The notes beneath the pieces are model-generated. The model was not told the origin of the DNA, made no database searches, and was given only the letters and a program-made list of their open reading frames with translations. From an uncultured bacterium (GTDB lineage Bacteria; CAYUVA01): a DNA stretch of 60,683 bases. Below are positions 48,255-59,204 of the stretch, one piece after another. Each line of letters opens with the position of its first letter. The first letter of the stretch is position 1. The position numbers were made by a program, and so were the translations under genes. The stretch lies in assembly GCA_964448115.1 (NCBI GenBank), contig CAYUVA010000025.1:1-60683 (forward strand). The letters are read 5' to 3'.

Positions 48255-51125
48255 TTAGAACGGGTGGCCGATGGAGATGTACCAGGCGCCGAAGGGAAGA
48301 TGCCCATCCTCGATCTTCCAGGCAAAATCGAAACGAACAGGACCGATCGGCGTAATGTACATCAACGCAAAACCGGTGCTGCACTTGAAGTCGCTAAGCC
48401 TCCATTGACTCCCCTCAGGCCAGATATTACCCGAATCGAAGAATAGTGCCCCCCATAAGCCACCAAGAATATCATAGCGATACTCGAAGTTGAAAATCGC
48501 CATCGAATCCCCGCCGATGGTATAGGTCTTGGTTATCTCATTCCCCTCATCATCTGTATAGCTATAGGTGGTGTTGGGACCTATATCCTTGGCAGAATAT
48601 CCCCGAAGCACTGTAGAGCCGGGCTGTATCTTGAACTTCTCGCTCAATGGGAGATTGAAGGCTCTTCCCATCCTGTAGCCGAAAGCCAAAACATCATTAC
48701 CCCACGGGGAGTAGTATGATGTTTGCAGCATCAACTTAGCGAAATCTGTCTCCGAACCCAAAATCCTGTCCGCCTGCTCGAAGCTGATGGCAAAGACCCT
48801 TCCCTTGGTCGGATTAAATGGATTATAGCGCCGATCATATAGAAAGGTAGGGATAAGGCTGGAGATCTTGATGTCCTGAAGCTCACCAGGATAAGTTGCC
48901 TCGAAATCTGGTTCGATTTTTAGGAACTTCTGGCTTCGATAGCGGTACTCAAGTATTCCCTTCATATATTCACCGAACCTCTTATTTATATTTAGGGAGC
49001 TTCCCAGCTCGCTCAGCTTATAATGTTTTTCGTCTCTGTTAATATAAAATAGTTTCAGTTCCGAGTCGAAGGGGTTATTCCCAAGATAAGGCTCCTGGAA
49101 CATAAATTGGTACTTGGTCTCCAATTGCGAATAGCTGTAGGTGAAGCTGATAGTTCGGTCGTAGCCGCCCAGGTTGGCGTGAGAGACGGTGAGGAACCCG
49201 CGATAGCCCTCCTCGCTGTCCCAGCCGCCGCCGAACTCCAGGCTCCCCGAATTTTTTTCCTTGACCTCGACCACAAAGTCTATGATCTGCGGCTCGCGCT
49301 GGTTCTTTATCGGGTAGATGGACACGGTCTTGAAGATGCCCAATGAAAGTAGCCTTTGCTGGGAGTGAAGTACCTTGGAGAGATCATAAGGCTCCCCCTC
49401 CCTTATCTCCAATTCTCGGTATATGATCTTTCTTTGGGTAAGATTGAAGCCACGAATGATGATCTTACCAAAGTAGTATTTTTGCCCAGCGGTTACTCGA
49501 TATGTTACATCAGCCTTTGAGCGATCCTCGCTGAAGGTTACCTGCGTATCAATAATGGCGTCCTTGTAGCCATTGGTTATATATTTGCTGAAGATGTTGT
49601 TCTCATCCTCTCTTATCGTATTGTAGTTAAGCGGCATCCCCGGCTTGAGCTGCGTCTTGATCACCTTTTTTAGCTTCAAGACCACATCAGGGACTATCTG
49701 CACACTCTCGACAATGGTTTGTACACCCTCATCGATCTGAATTGAAAGATTTGCGATCCTTTCCTGTTCATCGATCTTGACCTTTCCAATAGTTACCTTT
49801 GAGTCGAGGAAACCCTGGTTTAGGTAGAAATTGTGCAGATTATTCACATCCTCCTCAAGGGTCTTTTGGTTGTAGAATCGGTTTATGCCGAACAATCCCT
49901 TGCCGCTGAGGATAAGATCATCGAGTGTATCATCGCTTATTTTTTTATTCCCTATAAGTTCGACCTCTTTAACCTTTATGCGATTCAACTCCAAAGGTCG
50001 GAAGGTGATGTCGAAGAAGTTTGCATTATCCTTCTCATACCGATATTGCACTCTTGGATTGTAATAATGATACCTGATGAGATATTCCCTCAAGGCAAAT
50101 GCGCTGTCATCGAAGTCCTCCTCCTGTAGCCTAATATTATCGAAGAAGGTTATGGCATCCAGTGGATTATCATCCAGCACCCTCCATCTCCACTTGTCAT
50201 CATACTTCACCAGCCCACTATCGCCTCCGGAGGCTTTTAGTTTTATTAAGACCATATTTGTGTTGGAATCATAGAACACATCCTTATATTCAAGGCGCAC
50301 TAAGCGAAACTTCTTTTTCAATTGAAAATACATGCGAAATCCGTTAGCAATTTTTCCCCCAGCGTTTCTTAAAAGATAGTTGCTCCTTTCGATATCCCTC
50401 AGCAAGCTTTTTTTCGAGTATCTTTCCCCCTGACGGCGCTTGAACTTGCGGAGCAGGAAATTCTTTGTGTATCGAGTGGGATTTTCTATGTCAAAATCCT
50501 CGATGCGGGCTTGCGCTCCTGTATGGATCACAAGGGTAACCGAGACACCTTTGCTCTCAGGGTGCATCAGAATTTGGGGAGTAATCTCGCACCTGAAGTA
50601 GCCCGCCTCGGCGAAAAGTGCCTTCAGGTCGGCGATGGTCCTGTCCAGCCGCTCATTGGAGAACTCATCGCCTCGCTTCACCAGACATCGTCTAAGAATA
50701 TCCGAATAGCGAACTCCAGAGCGATCCAGCAATGGAAGGGGCAGGATCGAATATGCGCCGTTGATATTAAATTTCGTAACCATCCATTTCTTCTCGAGGT
50801 CATATATCAGGCGCACGCCACCCTCAACCTCCTCGGCAAGCACGGTTACATCCCGGTAGATTCCAAGATAGTAGATCATCTGGATCGACTGCCGGATACC
50901 GTAAGGGTCGTAGATATCCCCCAATCCGACCGAGATGGCATGATTCACCGGCTTGCGCTCAAAGGGAACATCACAGCGGATCTGAAGATCGACTACCTCC
51001 TTGCCGATGAATTGAGAGCCATTCTGGGCACCCACAATCCCAACGGAGAATACGCAGAATTGCAGGATCACACACGAGAAAAATATAATAGCCAGCCAAC
51101 GACCATCTATGGTGATAAGGTTCAT
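48255..51125 (-). CDS. bamA: Omp85/BamA outer membrane assembly factor
   Basis: Multiple POTRA repeats (Y...GY/F), VKEKNSGSLEFGGG barrel start, VLRGY loop, TPIGPVRFD, terminal Phe. Confidence 0.88.
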   Translation of the reverse strand: MNLITIDGRWLAIIFFSCVILQFCVFSVGIVGAQNGSQFIGKEVVDLQIRCDVPFERKPVNHAISVGLGDIYDPYGIRQSIQMIYYLGIYRDVTVLAEEVEGGVRLIYDLEKKWMVTKFNINGAYSILPLPLLDRSGVRYSDILRRCLVKRGDEFSNERLDRTIADLKALFAEAGYFRCEITPQILMHPESKGVSVTLVIHTGAQARIEDFDIENPTRYTKNFLLRKFKRRQGERYSKKSLLRDIERSNYLLRNAGGKIANGFRMYFQLKKKFRLVRLEYKDVFYDSNTNMVLIKLKASGGDSGLVKYDDKWRWRVLDDNPLDAITFFDNIRLQEEDFDDSAFALREYLIRYHYYNPRVQYRYEKDNANFFDITFRPLELNRIKVKEVELIGNKKISDDTLDDLILSGKGLFGINRFYNQKTLEEDVNNLHNFYLNQGFLDSKVTIGKVKIDEQERIANLSIQIDEGVQTIVESVQIVPDVVLKLKKVIKTQLKPGMPLNYNTIREDENNIFSKYITNGYKDAIIDTQVTFSEDRSKADVTYRVTAGQKYYFGKIIIRGFNLTQRKIIYRELEIREGEPYDLSKVLHSQQRLLSLGIFKTVSIYPIKNQREPQIIDFVVEVKEKNSGSLEFGGGWDSEEGYRGFLTVSHANLGGYDRTISFTYSYSQLETKYQFMFQEPYLGNNPFDSELKLFYINRDEKHYKLSELGSSLNINKRFGEYMKGILEYRYRSQKFLKIEPDFEATYPGELQDIKISSLIPTFLYDRRYNPFNPTKGRVFAISFEQADRILGSETDFAKLMLQTSYYSPWGNDVLAFGYRMGRAFNLPLSEKFKIQPGSTVLRGYSAKDIGPNTTYSYTDDEGNEITKTYTIGGDSMAIFNFEYRYDILGGLWGALFFDSGNIWPEGSQWRLSDFKCSTGFALMYITPIGPVRFDFAWKIEDGHLPFGAWYISIGHPF

Positions 51126-51196
51126 CTTTGATATTAATAACTAATACCGTGATACCAACGTATCGTGAAGTTGTCCTTGCATGAGCTATCGTATTT

Positions 51197-51222
51197 CTTC
51201 GTGCTTTAGTGCCTTTGTGGCT
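51197..51222. repeat. Second copy of the CTTnGTGn REP-like element
   Basis: CTTCGTGC-TTTAGTGC-CTTTGTGG in the tolB-bamA intergenic region. Confidence 0.4.
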
Positions 51223-51264
51223 AACAAACCTCTCACATCTAATGCCTAACCCTTTGACTATTAT

Positions 51265-52587
51265 TTATGGCGACCATGCAGGATTGGTGTTGTTTCCCTT
51301 GTTGAAGGTCAGCCTTCTGATGCCTCCGGAGGTTATGGAGATGATGTAAATATTGTACTTGCCATCTCGATTCGATTGCACAGCCAGGTGATGTCCATCC
51401 GGCGCCCAGGTGGGGGACTCATAGGAGCCTTTGCCGTCGGTAATAACCCGAACATTATGCCCCTGAATGTCCATCAGGCAGACATCGGAGACTGCTCCAC
51501 GCTGGGAAACGAAGGCTATAAGATCACCCTTGGGAGACCAGATCGGGCTATCATTGTTGAAGCTATCGAAGGTAAGTCGCCTGAGGTTCATCCCCTCTGC
51601 ATCCATTACATATATCTGCTGCCTGCCGGAGCGATCCGAGCAAAACACGATCTCCCTTCCATTGGGCGACCAGGAGGGGGAGATGTCTATCTGGGGATGA
51701 TAGGTAAGGCGCTTAAGCCCCTTGCCCTCAATGTCCGCCTTGTAGATCTCAGAGTTGCCGTCCTTGCTCAGGGTAAAGATGATCTCAGTGCCGTTGGGCG
51801 AGATGGCTGGAGCAACATTCAGCCCCGGATATGAGATCAGCCGCTTGGACTGGTTGGTCTTAAGATTATACGACAAGATGTCCGGCTTGCCGTACTTATA
51901 TGAAGTGAAGACTATGATGGAGCCATCAGGCGACCAGTCCGGTGTGAGCGCATACGAGGCATCGAAGGTGAGCTGGCGGGGATTGAAACCATCATAGTCC
52001 ATCAGGTACAGCTCCTTGTTGCCTGTTATATCCGAGATATAGACTATCTTGGTATGTGCAATGCCGGGCAGCCCGGTGAACTGCTCCACGATATCATCGG
52101 CGAAAACATGCACCGCCTTGCGCCAGTAATCCTTCTCTATGCTATAGGTCTTGCTTAGCATCAGCTTACCCTGCTTGGCATCATAGATCTGACCCCGAAG
52201 TGTCATCGATTCCGATTTCAGATCCACCCCAGCCAATACTAGAGCCTGGTAGCCGACCAGATACCACTTTGAGAAATCAGGCTCCGCCTTACCGACCAGC
52301 ACCCCGGCAAAATCCTCCGAGTAGCGGGTCAGGTCAACCACATCGAACAAGCCGGATATGTCGAGATCGTTATGCAGAACCTTCCTAGCCTTATCGATGG
52401 TATCAGATACAACTGTGCCGTTGGAGTCGAGCACTGCGTATCCGATATCGATCTTCTTTACCTCGGTGGAGGTGATGCCGATGAAGAACTCGCGGCTTTG
52501 TGAAAAAGAAGGGGAAGTGATGCTGCATAAGGATATTGCAATAACAAGAGCTACAATATTATATTTAGCATAAGCGTCTTGTCCCAT
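51265..52587 (-). CDS. tolB: Tol-Pal beta-propeller protein TolB
   Basis: HVFADDIVEQFTG..GIAHTKI, MDYDG, six P.WSPDG PD40 repeats, ends PAWSP. Confidence 0.93.
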   Translation of the reverse strand: MGQDAYAKYNIVALVIAISLCSITSPSFSQSREFFIGITSTEVKKIDIGYAVLDSNGTVVSDTIDKARKVLHNDLDISGLFDVVDLTRYSEDFAGVLVGKAEPDFSKWYLVGYQALVLAGVDLKSESMTLRGQIYDAKQGKLMLSKTYSIEKDYWRKAVHVFADDIVEQFTGLPGIAHTKIVYISDITGNKELYLMDYDGFNPRQLTFDASYALTPDWSPDGSIIVFTSYKYGKPDILSYNLKTNQSKRLISYPGLNVAPAISPNGTEIIFTLSKDGNSEIYKADIEGKGLKRLTYHPQIDISPSWSPNGREIVFCSDRSGRQQIYVMDAEGMNLRRLTFDSFNNDSPIWSPKGDLIAFVSQRGAVSDVCLMDIQGHNVRVITDGKGSYESPTWAPDGHHLAVQSNRDGKYNIYIISITSGGIRRLTFNKGNNTNPAWSP

Positions 52588-52712
52588 TATACCCGTTTAT
52601 ACGGTCGAGTAAGCAGCCTATCAAACCTCTCTATTGCAGTCAAGCAATCCTCGGTATGCCTTGCACTAAGCCATCATTAACTGATTTGTATGCTCCATCT
52701 GTCCTGGCTTGT

Positions 52713-53207
52713 TTAGAAGAAGCCTTGTTCCTCTTCTTCATCGATCGGGATCAATGAATCAGCCCATTCCATGTAGTCCTCAAGGATCTCATCGTGATCA
52801 AAGCAAAGCTTATCCGGAAAATCAGGCGGGAAGAAGAGCTTTACCGTTTTAGCGTCATCTGCTGCCTTCGGTTCTCCAGTTGCCTCAGCGATATAGACAA
52901 CGGAGACATTATGTTGCCTGTCATCGCGCCCAGGATCCGAGTAAACCCCCAGGATATCGATCAATTGTACATCCAGCGAGGTTTCTTCCCAAGCCTCTCT
53001 TATTGCTGCATCCTCGGTGGTCTCGCCGTAATCGACATATCCCCCGGGAAGCGCCCAGCCTTGTGGATAGTTCTTGCGTTCGATGAGGACTATGCCTCGG
53101 AACTGATCATCTTGGAAGAGGTTGATGATAATATCAACGGTCAATCCTGGCGAGCGATGGATGCCTGTATCCTTACCACAGTGAGGACAGGTAATCTTTT
53201 TATCCAT
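52713..53207 (-). CDS. Nudix hydrolase (ADP-ribose pyrophosphatase-like)
   Basis: [25 protein letters not shown] Nudix box; AADDA and FDH motifs. Confidence 0.9.
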   Translation of the reverse strand: MDKKITCPHCGKDTGIHRSPGLTVDIIINLFQDDQFRGIVLIERKNYPQGWALPGGYVDYGETTEDAAIREAWEETSLDVQLIDILGVYSDPGRDDRQHNVSVVYIAEATGEPKAADDAKTVKLFFPPDFPDKLCFDHDEILEDYMEWADSLIPIDEEEEQGFF

Positions 53208-53231
53208 GTTAATCCTTTCATCTATAAGATG

Positions 53232-54023
53232 TTATCTAGTGGACTTATTGAGCGATTCGATCCTGTCCTTTGCCACTCTGGCGAAGTGGGTGGTGGGGAA
53301 TCGGTTTATCACCTCTTCATAGGTCTGCTTGGCTTCGGGAAACATCTTTAGTTTCTCCTGGCTCATCGCTATCTTCATCAGGGCATCGGGGATCTTATCT
53401 CCATTGGGGTAGTTTTGCACTACCTTCTCGAATTCCTCTATCGCTTTATCATATTTACTCTGCGAGAAGTAGCACTCGCCGATCCAAAGCTGTGCATTGT
53501 CTGCCAGCTCCGAGTTGGGGAATTCCTTTACTAGCTGCGTAAAGCCCATTATGGCAAGCTCGTACTGCTTCTTGGAGAAGTCGCTGTATGCATTCTGGTA
53601 CAGTTCTTCAGGATCAACCGAAAGGCTGGTCATAGCGCCACTAGGCTCACCCGAGGGCTTTTTGCCGGAGATTAGTATCTCCAGTTGATTGGTCTGCGAG
53701 GTCATCTTCTGGGAGATGTTAGCCAGGTGGTAGGAGATCTCACCAACCCTTCCTTCAAGCATGGAGATGACACTTACCAGCTCGTCCATCTTCATCAAGA
53801 TATCAGCTTGGTTTCTTTTAATGGTATCCAGGCTATCCTTGAAGGTATCCAGCTTTTGCATGGCCTGTTGTTCGCTCTTTAGCGCTTTGGGATCGTTTAT
53901 TGCCTTTTCTATGTTATCAACCTTGCTCTCAAGGCGCATCATGTCCTTGCTAGTCGCGCAACCAGCGATGAAATAAGCACATACAATCAGCGAAAGTAAA
54001 AACACTAGCTGTTTGTATCTCAT
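53232..54023 (-). CDS. cpoB: Tol-Pal protein YbgF/CpoB (lipoprotein)
   Basis: IAGC lipobox, coiled coil, TPRs LADNAQLWIGE and KIPDALMK; lies downstream of pal. Confidence 0.88.
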   Translation of the reverse strand: MRYKQLVFLLSLIVCAYFIAGCATSKDMMRLESKVDNIEKAINDPKALKSEQQAMQKLDTFKDSLDTIKRNQADILMKMDELVSVISMLEGRVGEISYHLANISQKMTSQTNQLEILISGKKPSGEPSGAMTSLSVDPEELYQNAYSDFSKKQYELAIMGFTQLVKEFPNSELADNAQLWIGECYFSQSKYDKAIEEFEKVVQNYPNGDKIPDALMKIAMSQEKLKMFPEAKQTYEEVINRFPTTHFARVAKDRIESLNKSTR

Positions 54024-54216
54024 TTTATGCCTCCTGTTTATGGGTAATAATACGATGAATGATCTTGGTGTTCCAGCAATACGAGATCTTTTCCATAGGC
54101 ATTCTTGCGATAGACATCATCGTTTTATTTATTCAACAATCCAGGATTATTTTAGTTCAGGCTAAATGGCAAACTTCTAACGCTAAGATTACAGGTACTT
54201 TTCAGCCAAGGGATGT

Positions 54217-54795
54217 CTAATAATCTTGATCCATCAATCCGAGCACGAACTCGCAGCGACGGTTCCTTGCCCAGGCTGCCCCGTTGTGTCCAGGATCTAC
54301 CGGTCTCTCCTCGCCCCAACTAATGGTGTTAATGCGATCCTCTTCCACGCCAAGAGCGACCAGGTAGTCCTTTGCAGCCTGTGCTCTTTTTGCACCTAAA
54401 GCCATGTTATAGGCATTACTTCCCCTCTCGTCGCAGTGCCCCTCGATGGTTACCGATACAGCAGGATGATCCTTGAGCCATTGTGCGTTCTGAAAGAGGA
54501 TGTCCCTGGCTTTAGAGGTCAAGCTATACCTGTCGAACTCGAAGTGGATTACCTTGACAACGCCTGCTTTCTGGAATTCTTTGATCGTTTCCTCGGTGAT
54601 AACCGGTTCAGGCTCTGGCTCCGGAGTCGCCGGTATGACCGGCGTGTATTGGTAAACCTCGGTCGGCTCCGGGGTTGGCTCCGGCGTTTGAATAGCTGCT
54701 ACGGGTGGCTTCTCCTTATGGCAGCCGACTCCGCTTGAAAGAACCAGGGCTACGGTCAAGGCGATGCAAAGCAACCTGATAACATTTCTATCCAT
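54217..54795 (-). CDS. pal: Peptidoglycan-associated lipoprotein
   Basis: IHFEFDRY, IEGHCDERGS..YN.ALG.KRA, SWGEERP, NRR; GVGC lipobox. Confidence 0.95.
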   Translation of the reverse strand: MDRNVIRLLCIALTVALVLSSGVGCHKEKPPVAAIQTPEPTPEPTEVYQYTPVIPATPEPEPEPVITEETIKEFQKAGVVKVIHFEFDRYSLTSKARDILFQNAQWLKDHPAVSVTIEGHCDERGSNAYNMALGAKRAQAAKDYLVALGVEEDRINTISWGEERPVDPGHNGAAWARNRRCEFVLGLMDQDY

Positions 54796-54941
54796 AATCT
54801 TTCCCCTTTTTAGGTTGTAAACATACCACAATTTATTGTTTAATGCACAAATGGTAGCACAATATTTAGTATATGCAAGGGGGAAATCGAAGCATCACTG
54901 TAATTTTGATGGTATTCGATCTAAAATAGGATGAGGTTACA

Positions 54942-55907
54942 ATGGCTAGATCGAAGTTGCTAAAATATATTTTGGAGGCGTTAGGGCTGCTGGTTCTATT
55001 CACCGCCATCTTCGCAGGATCAATCTATGCCTACCTTAGACTTTCCACTCGGGGAGAGATTATTGAGGTTCCAAATTTGGTCGGCAAAAGCGTCGAGGAT
55101 GCGCTTAAGGAGCTGAACCAGCTTAATCTACAGCTTGCCTTATCCAGCGAGGACTACAGTAATACCATACCAAGGGGCAGGATCATCTCACAAGTGCCTG
55201 AGCCATCAGATAAGGTAAAAAAGGGTCGAACTATCAATATTACCATATCAAGGGGGATAAAGCAGATCCTTTTGCCCGACCTGTCAGGCAAAGAAAAAGC
55301 TGAGGGATTGGCAACCCTGCAAGCCCTGGATCTGGAGATGGGAAATACGGTTGAGGTTTACAGCGACCGTTATGATGATGGGCTGGTGATTGCCACTGAT
55401 CCTCCAAAGGGGACAGCGGTAGATGAGGGGGATAAGATCTCGCTGCTGGTAAGCAAAGGAAGATCTCCATACTATATGCCCATGCCTGATTTAATCGGTG
55501 AAACAGCACAAAATGCAATAGATTTGCTTTTATCAAAGGATATCATGATAAGCCGGATCGATTATGAGCTAAGAGCCGGATTGAACGAGGGCATCGTTAT
55601 CGGTCAAGCCCCCAAGCCAGGTAGTCGCATCCTGGCAAAAGATAACGCTAAACTGACATTGACCTCGTTTCCAGGTGATAATGGCGAGCCATCTGAGTTG
55701 TATAAGATCTTCGAGTACCCAGCTCCCACTGGCAAAAAAAGCTCAAAAATCTCGGTTGTAATGATTCACCATCTCAAGCCAGATGCTGTCTATAGCCAGG
55801 CGTGTAAGCCGGGGGATATCATATATGTACCGGTCAGGGTACAGACAGGGGCAAAGGTGCAGATACTGGTTGACGAGAAGATAGTCTATAAATATACATT
55901 TCAGTAG
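54942..55907 (+). CDS. Membrane-anchored PASTA-domain protein (3 PASTA, no kinase domain)
   Basis: VPNLVG, LPDLSG and MPDLIG repeats with G.(I/V)I.Q.P. Confidence 0.85.
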   Translation: MARSKLLKYILEALGLLVLFTAIFAGSIYAYLRLSTRGEIIEVPNLVGKSVEDALKELNQLNLQLALSSEDYSNTIPRGRIISQVPEPSDKVKKGRTINITISRGIKQILLPDLSGKEKAEGLATLQALDLEMGNTVEVYSDRYDDGLVIATDPPKGTAVDEGDKISLLVSKGRSPYYMPMPDLIGETAQNAIDLLLSKDIMISRIDYELRAGLNEGIVIGQAPKPGSRILAKDNAKLTLTSFPGDNGEPSELYKIFEYPAPTGKKSSKISVVMIHHLKPDAVYSQACKPGDIIYVPVRVQTGAKVQILVDEKIVYKYTFQ

Positions 55908-55936
55908 GTTCATACTTGATGAGCAAGGAGAAACGA

Positions 55937-56644
55937 ATGATACAGATAGCCCCCTCCATACTTTCGGCTGACTTCTCCAAACTATTGGCTGAGATAAAAG
56001 AGACTGAGGCTGGCGGGGCCGACCTAATACATGTCGATGTGATGGACGGACACTTCGTGCCAAATATCACCATAGGTGCAGTGGTAGTAAGGTCCCTCTA
56101 TGGCAAGACAAGGGCGCCGCTCGATGTGCACCTGATGATAAGCGACCCCGATCGCTATATCCCTGATTTCGTTGTAAGGGATACGAATTCAGGTAAGATT
56201 CTTCATGCGCCCAAGTACTTCACGGTTCATATCGAGACCTGCAATCACCTCCATCGCACTATCCAGGTAATCCGCCAGAATGGAGCCAAGCCAGGCATCG
56301 TGCTCAATCCGCATACGCCGCTTTCCTCGATGCAGCAGATACTGCCGGAGATAGAGTTGGTGCTACTTATGTCGGTAAATCCTGGGTTCGGCGGACAGGA
56401 GTATATTGAATTCATGACCGATAAACTGAAGGCAGCCAGGAGGATGATTGATGATAGCGGATATGATATACTCCTCCAGGTTGATGGCGGCGTAGATATA
56501 GAGAATATCTGCAAGATAGCTGCTACTGGTGTTGATATAATCGTCGCCGGCAGCGCAATCTTCGGAACAAACAAAGATGGGAAAAAAGATCCCAGAGAAA
56601 ATACAAAAAAATTAAAAGAACTGGCAAACAGCATCACAATATAG
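55937..56644 (+). CDS. rpe: Ribulose-phosphate 3-epimerase
   Basis: IAPSILSADF, HVDVMDGHFVPN, MSVNPGFGGQ, VDGG; AAGGAG SD before ATG 55937. Confidence 0.96.
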   Translation: MIQIAPSILSADFSKLLAEIKETEAGGADLIHVDVMDGHFVPNITIGAVVVRSLYGKTRAPLDVHLMISDPDRYIPDFVVRDTNSGKILHAPKYFTVHIETCNHLHRTIQVIRQNGAKPGIVLNPHTPLSSMQQILPEIELVLLMSVNPGFGGQEYIEFMTDKLKAARRMIDDSGYDILLQVDGGVDIENICKIAATGVDIIVAGSAIFGTNKDGKKDPRENTKKLKELANSITI

Positions 56645-56679
56645 AAAAAACTATAAAAATTAACAAAGGAGGCAATAAA

Positions 56680-58275
56680 ATGCCGATGATTAAAAAGGCA
56701 TTGATAAGTGTCAGCAATAAGGAAGGATTGGAGGATTTCGCCAAGAAACTCCAAGAATTGGGAATAAGCATAATCTCCACGGGAAATACCGCAAGGGCGA
56801 TACGCAAATCCGGGGTCGAGGCAATAGATATCTCCGATGTAACCGGCTTTCCTGAGATACTAGATGGTAGGGTCAAGACGCTTCATCCTAAGGTACATGC
56901 TGGATTGCTTGCCGTACGATCCAATAAAGATCATACCGAGACGCTAAAGAGGATGGAGATCGAGCCAATCGATATGGTAGTGGTCAACCTCTATCCCTTT
57001 GAGAAGACCATCCAAAAGCCGAATGTTACCCTTGAGAAGGCGATAGAGAACATCGACATCGGCGGTCCGTCGATGATCCGCTCGGCTGCTAAAAACTTCA
57101 ACGATGTAGTGGTGATTGTGGATCCAAATGACTATGAGCTTATCATCGAGGAGCTAAAACGATCAGGTGGTGAAGTATCGCTTGAGACACGCTTCTCACT
57201 GGCGGTGAAGGCATTCAAGCATACCAGCGAATATGACGGTGTGATAGCCAATTACCTTAAGATGCGGGAGAGAGAGGGGTTCTCTGCAGGCTCAACGCTC
57301 TTCACCGATGAACAGGGTAACTTCAAGGAGAGCATCGGGGTCAAGTGGAACAAGCTGTATGATGTGCGCTATGGTGAGAATCCGCATCAGAAAGCTGCGG
57401 TCTATAAGGAGATGGTGCGAAGCAGCTCATCGATCCTCGATGCGCAGGTTCTGAGTGGTAAAGAGTTGTCGTTCAACAATCTGCTGGATCTGCAGGCAGC
57501 CTGGAGCATGGCAATTGATTTCAAGGAGCCGGCGGCAGCGATAATCAAGCACAACAATCCCTGCGGACTGGCAACCAACAAGGAACTGAGCAGGGCGTAC
57601 GAGGATGCGCTGGAATGCGATCCGGTCTCAGCGTATGGCTGCGTGATAGCAGTGAACCGTCGAGTTGATATGGAGGTAGCGAGGCTGATCGACGAGACAG
57701 CTTTCGTGGAAGCAATGATCGCGCCAGGGTACTTCGAGGATGCGCTGGAGCTTCTGAAAAAAAAGAAAAACCGGCGCATAGTAGATATGGTGAAACTGCC
57801 TGATGAGAATGAGAAGCCGAAGTACGAAATGCGCTTTGTAGTAGGTGGTATGCTGGTACAAGAGGTGGATGAGATGGAAATAAATCCTGCTACCTTCGAG
57901 ATCGTAACCGAGAAGAAGCCGAGCGATAATCAGCTATTATCCATGGCATTTGCGATGAAAGCCTGCAAATGGATCAAGTCGAACGCAATAGTACTGGTGC
58001 AGGGTACAAGAACGGTGGGCATAGGGGCAGGACAGATGAGCCGAGTAGATTCGACCGAGCTAGCGATCAAGAAAGCCGGTGATAGAGTGCATGGAAGCGT
58101 ACTAGGCTCGGACGCCTTCTTCCCTTTCCGGGACAGCATCGATCTGATCGCCAAGCAGGGCGTAAGTGCAGTAGTGCAGCCAGGAGGCTCGAAGCGTGAC
58201 GAAGAGGTTATCGAGGCATGCAACGAATACGGAATCGCTATGGCATTTACGAGACATCGACATTTTAGGCACTGA
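56680..58275 (+). CDS. purH: Bifunctional AICAR transformylase/IMP cyclohydrolase
   Basis: GRVKTLHP, ENIDIGGP, RYGENPHQ, KHNNPCG, SDAFFPF, RHFRH. Confidence 0.98.
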   Translation: MPMIKKALISVSNKEGLEDFAKKLQELGISIISTGNTARAIRKSGVEAIDISDVTGFPEILDGRVKTLHPKVHAGLLAVRSNKDHTETLKRMEIEPIDMVVVNLYPFEKTIQKPNVTLEKAIENIDIGGPSMIRSAAKNFNDVVVIVDPNDYELIIEELKRSGGEVSLETRFSLAVKAFKHTSEYDGVIANYLKMREREGFSAGSTLFTDEQGNFKESIGVKWNKLYDVRYGENPHQKAAVYKEMVRSSSSILDAQVLSGKELSFNNLLDLQAAWSMAIDFKEPAAAIIKHNNPCGLATNKELSRAYEDALECDPVSAYGCVIAVNRRVDMEVARLIDETAFVEAMIAPGYFEDALELLKKKKNRRIVDMVKLPDENEKPKYEMRFVVGGMLVQEVDEMEINPATFEIVTEKKPSDNQLLSMAFAMKACKWIKSNAIVLVQGTRTVGIGAGQMSRVDSTELAIKKAGDRVHGSVLGSDAFFPFRDSIDLIAKQGVSAVVQPGGSKRDEEVIEACNEYGIAMAFTRHRHFRH

Positions 58276-58294
58276 GAAAGACTATTAGATGAGA

Positions 58295-59125
58295 TTATTG
58301 AGAGCAGTTTGGCATGCGGTTGATGAAAGCATTTAACAAATGGTTGAGCCTTGGTGTAGAAGTTGAGATTGCCTTTAGGATATCGAGATGAGTTATGCGA
58401 GCCATCTGCATGCCAGCAGCTATATTAGCAACAATGGAGAGACCAAGAACCCGGATTCCTAGCGCTGTAGCCATTATCACCTCTGGGACGGTTGACATGC
58501 CAACGATATCAGCACCTATCAGGGAGAGCATACGAACCTCGGCTGGAGTTTCATAGCTCGGTCCCGGCATGGCTGCATAAACACCAGAAGTAACCTCGAT
58601 ACCAAGCTGCTCAGCAATGCTATAAAATAGTTCTCTCAAATGTTGATCATAGGCACCGGTCATATCTACCAATCTACTCTGAACTGGCAACTTCAGATGG
58701 CGAAGAGGATTAACCCCCATCATATTTATATGATCGACTATGACCACGATATCACCAGCAACCAGCGAATCGTTGATCGCTCCTGATGCATTGCAGACTA
58801 CCAGTGTTTCAATCCCCAGAGCGTGCATTAGGCGTACAGAGTATGTAACCTGATCGATATCGAATCCCTCGTAATAGTGCAATCTACCCCTCTGGATAAT
58901 CACCTTCAGACCGCCTATGTTGCCCACCTCAAAGTAGCCGCCATGTCCTGGTACTGAACATGGTTCCATGGCTTGTAGCTGCGAGAACTTAAATGTTGCA
59001 TCGATATTCTCCAAAGGGAGAACATCGCTCTGACCGGAGCCGAGGATAACCCCCAATTCGGGCTTGCCAGATATTCTGGAGCGAAATAGCTTTACATCCT
59101 TATCGATTCTATCATCGCTTTTCAT
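58295..59125 (-). CDS. Purine-nucleoside phosphorylase (trimeric family)
   Basis: ILGSG, VPGH, GRLHYYEG, GPSYETPAE, VGMSTVPEV. Confidence 0.93.
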   Translation of the reverse strand: MKSDDRIDKDVKLFRSRISGKPELGVILGSGQSDVLPLENIDATFKFSQLQAMEPCSVPGHGGYFEVGNIGGLKVIIQRGRLHYYEGFDIDQVTYSVRLMHALGIETLVVCNASGAINDSLVAGDIVVIVDHINMMGVNPLRHLKLPVQSRLVDMTGAYDQHLRELFYSIAEQLGIEVTSGVYAAMPGPSYETPAEVRMLSLIGADIVGMSTVPEVIMATALGIRVLGLSIVANIAAGMQMARITHLDILKAISTSTPRLNHLLNAFINRMPNCSQ

Positions 59126-59204
59126 AGTTAATACTGATATCTACTTTATTGCTAATGATCAAGCCTTTAATATTAGTGAGCAATGCAATAATATTACAAG
59201 CAGG

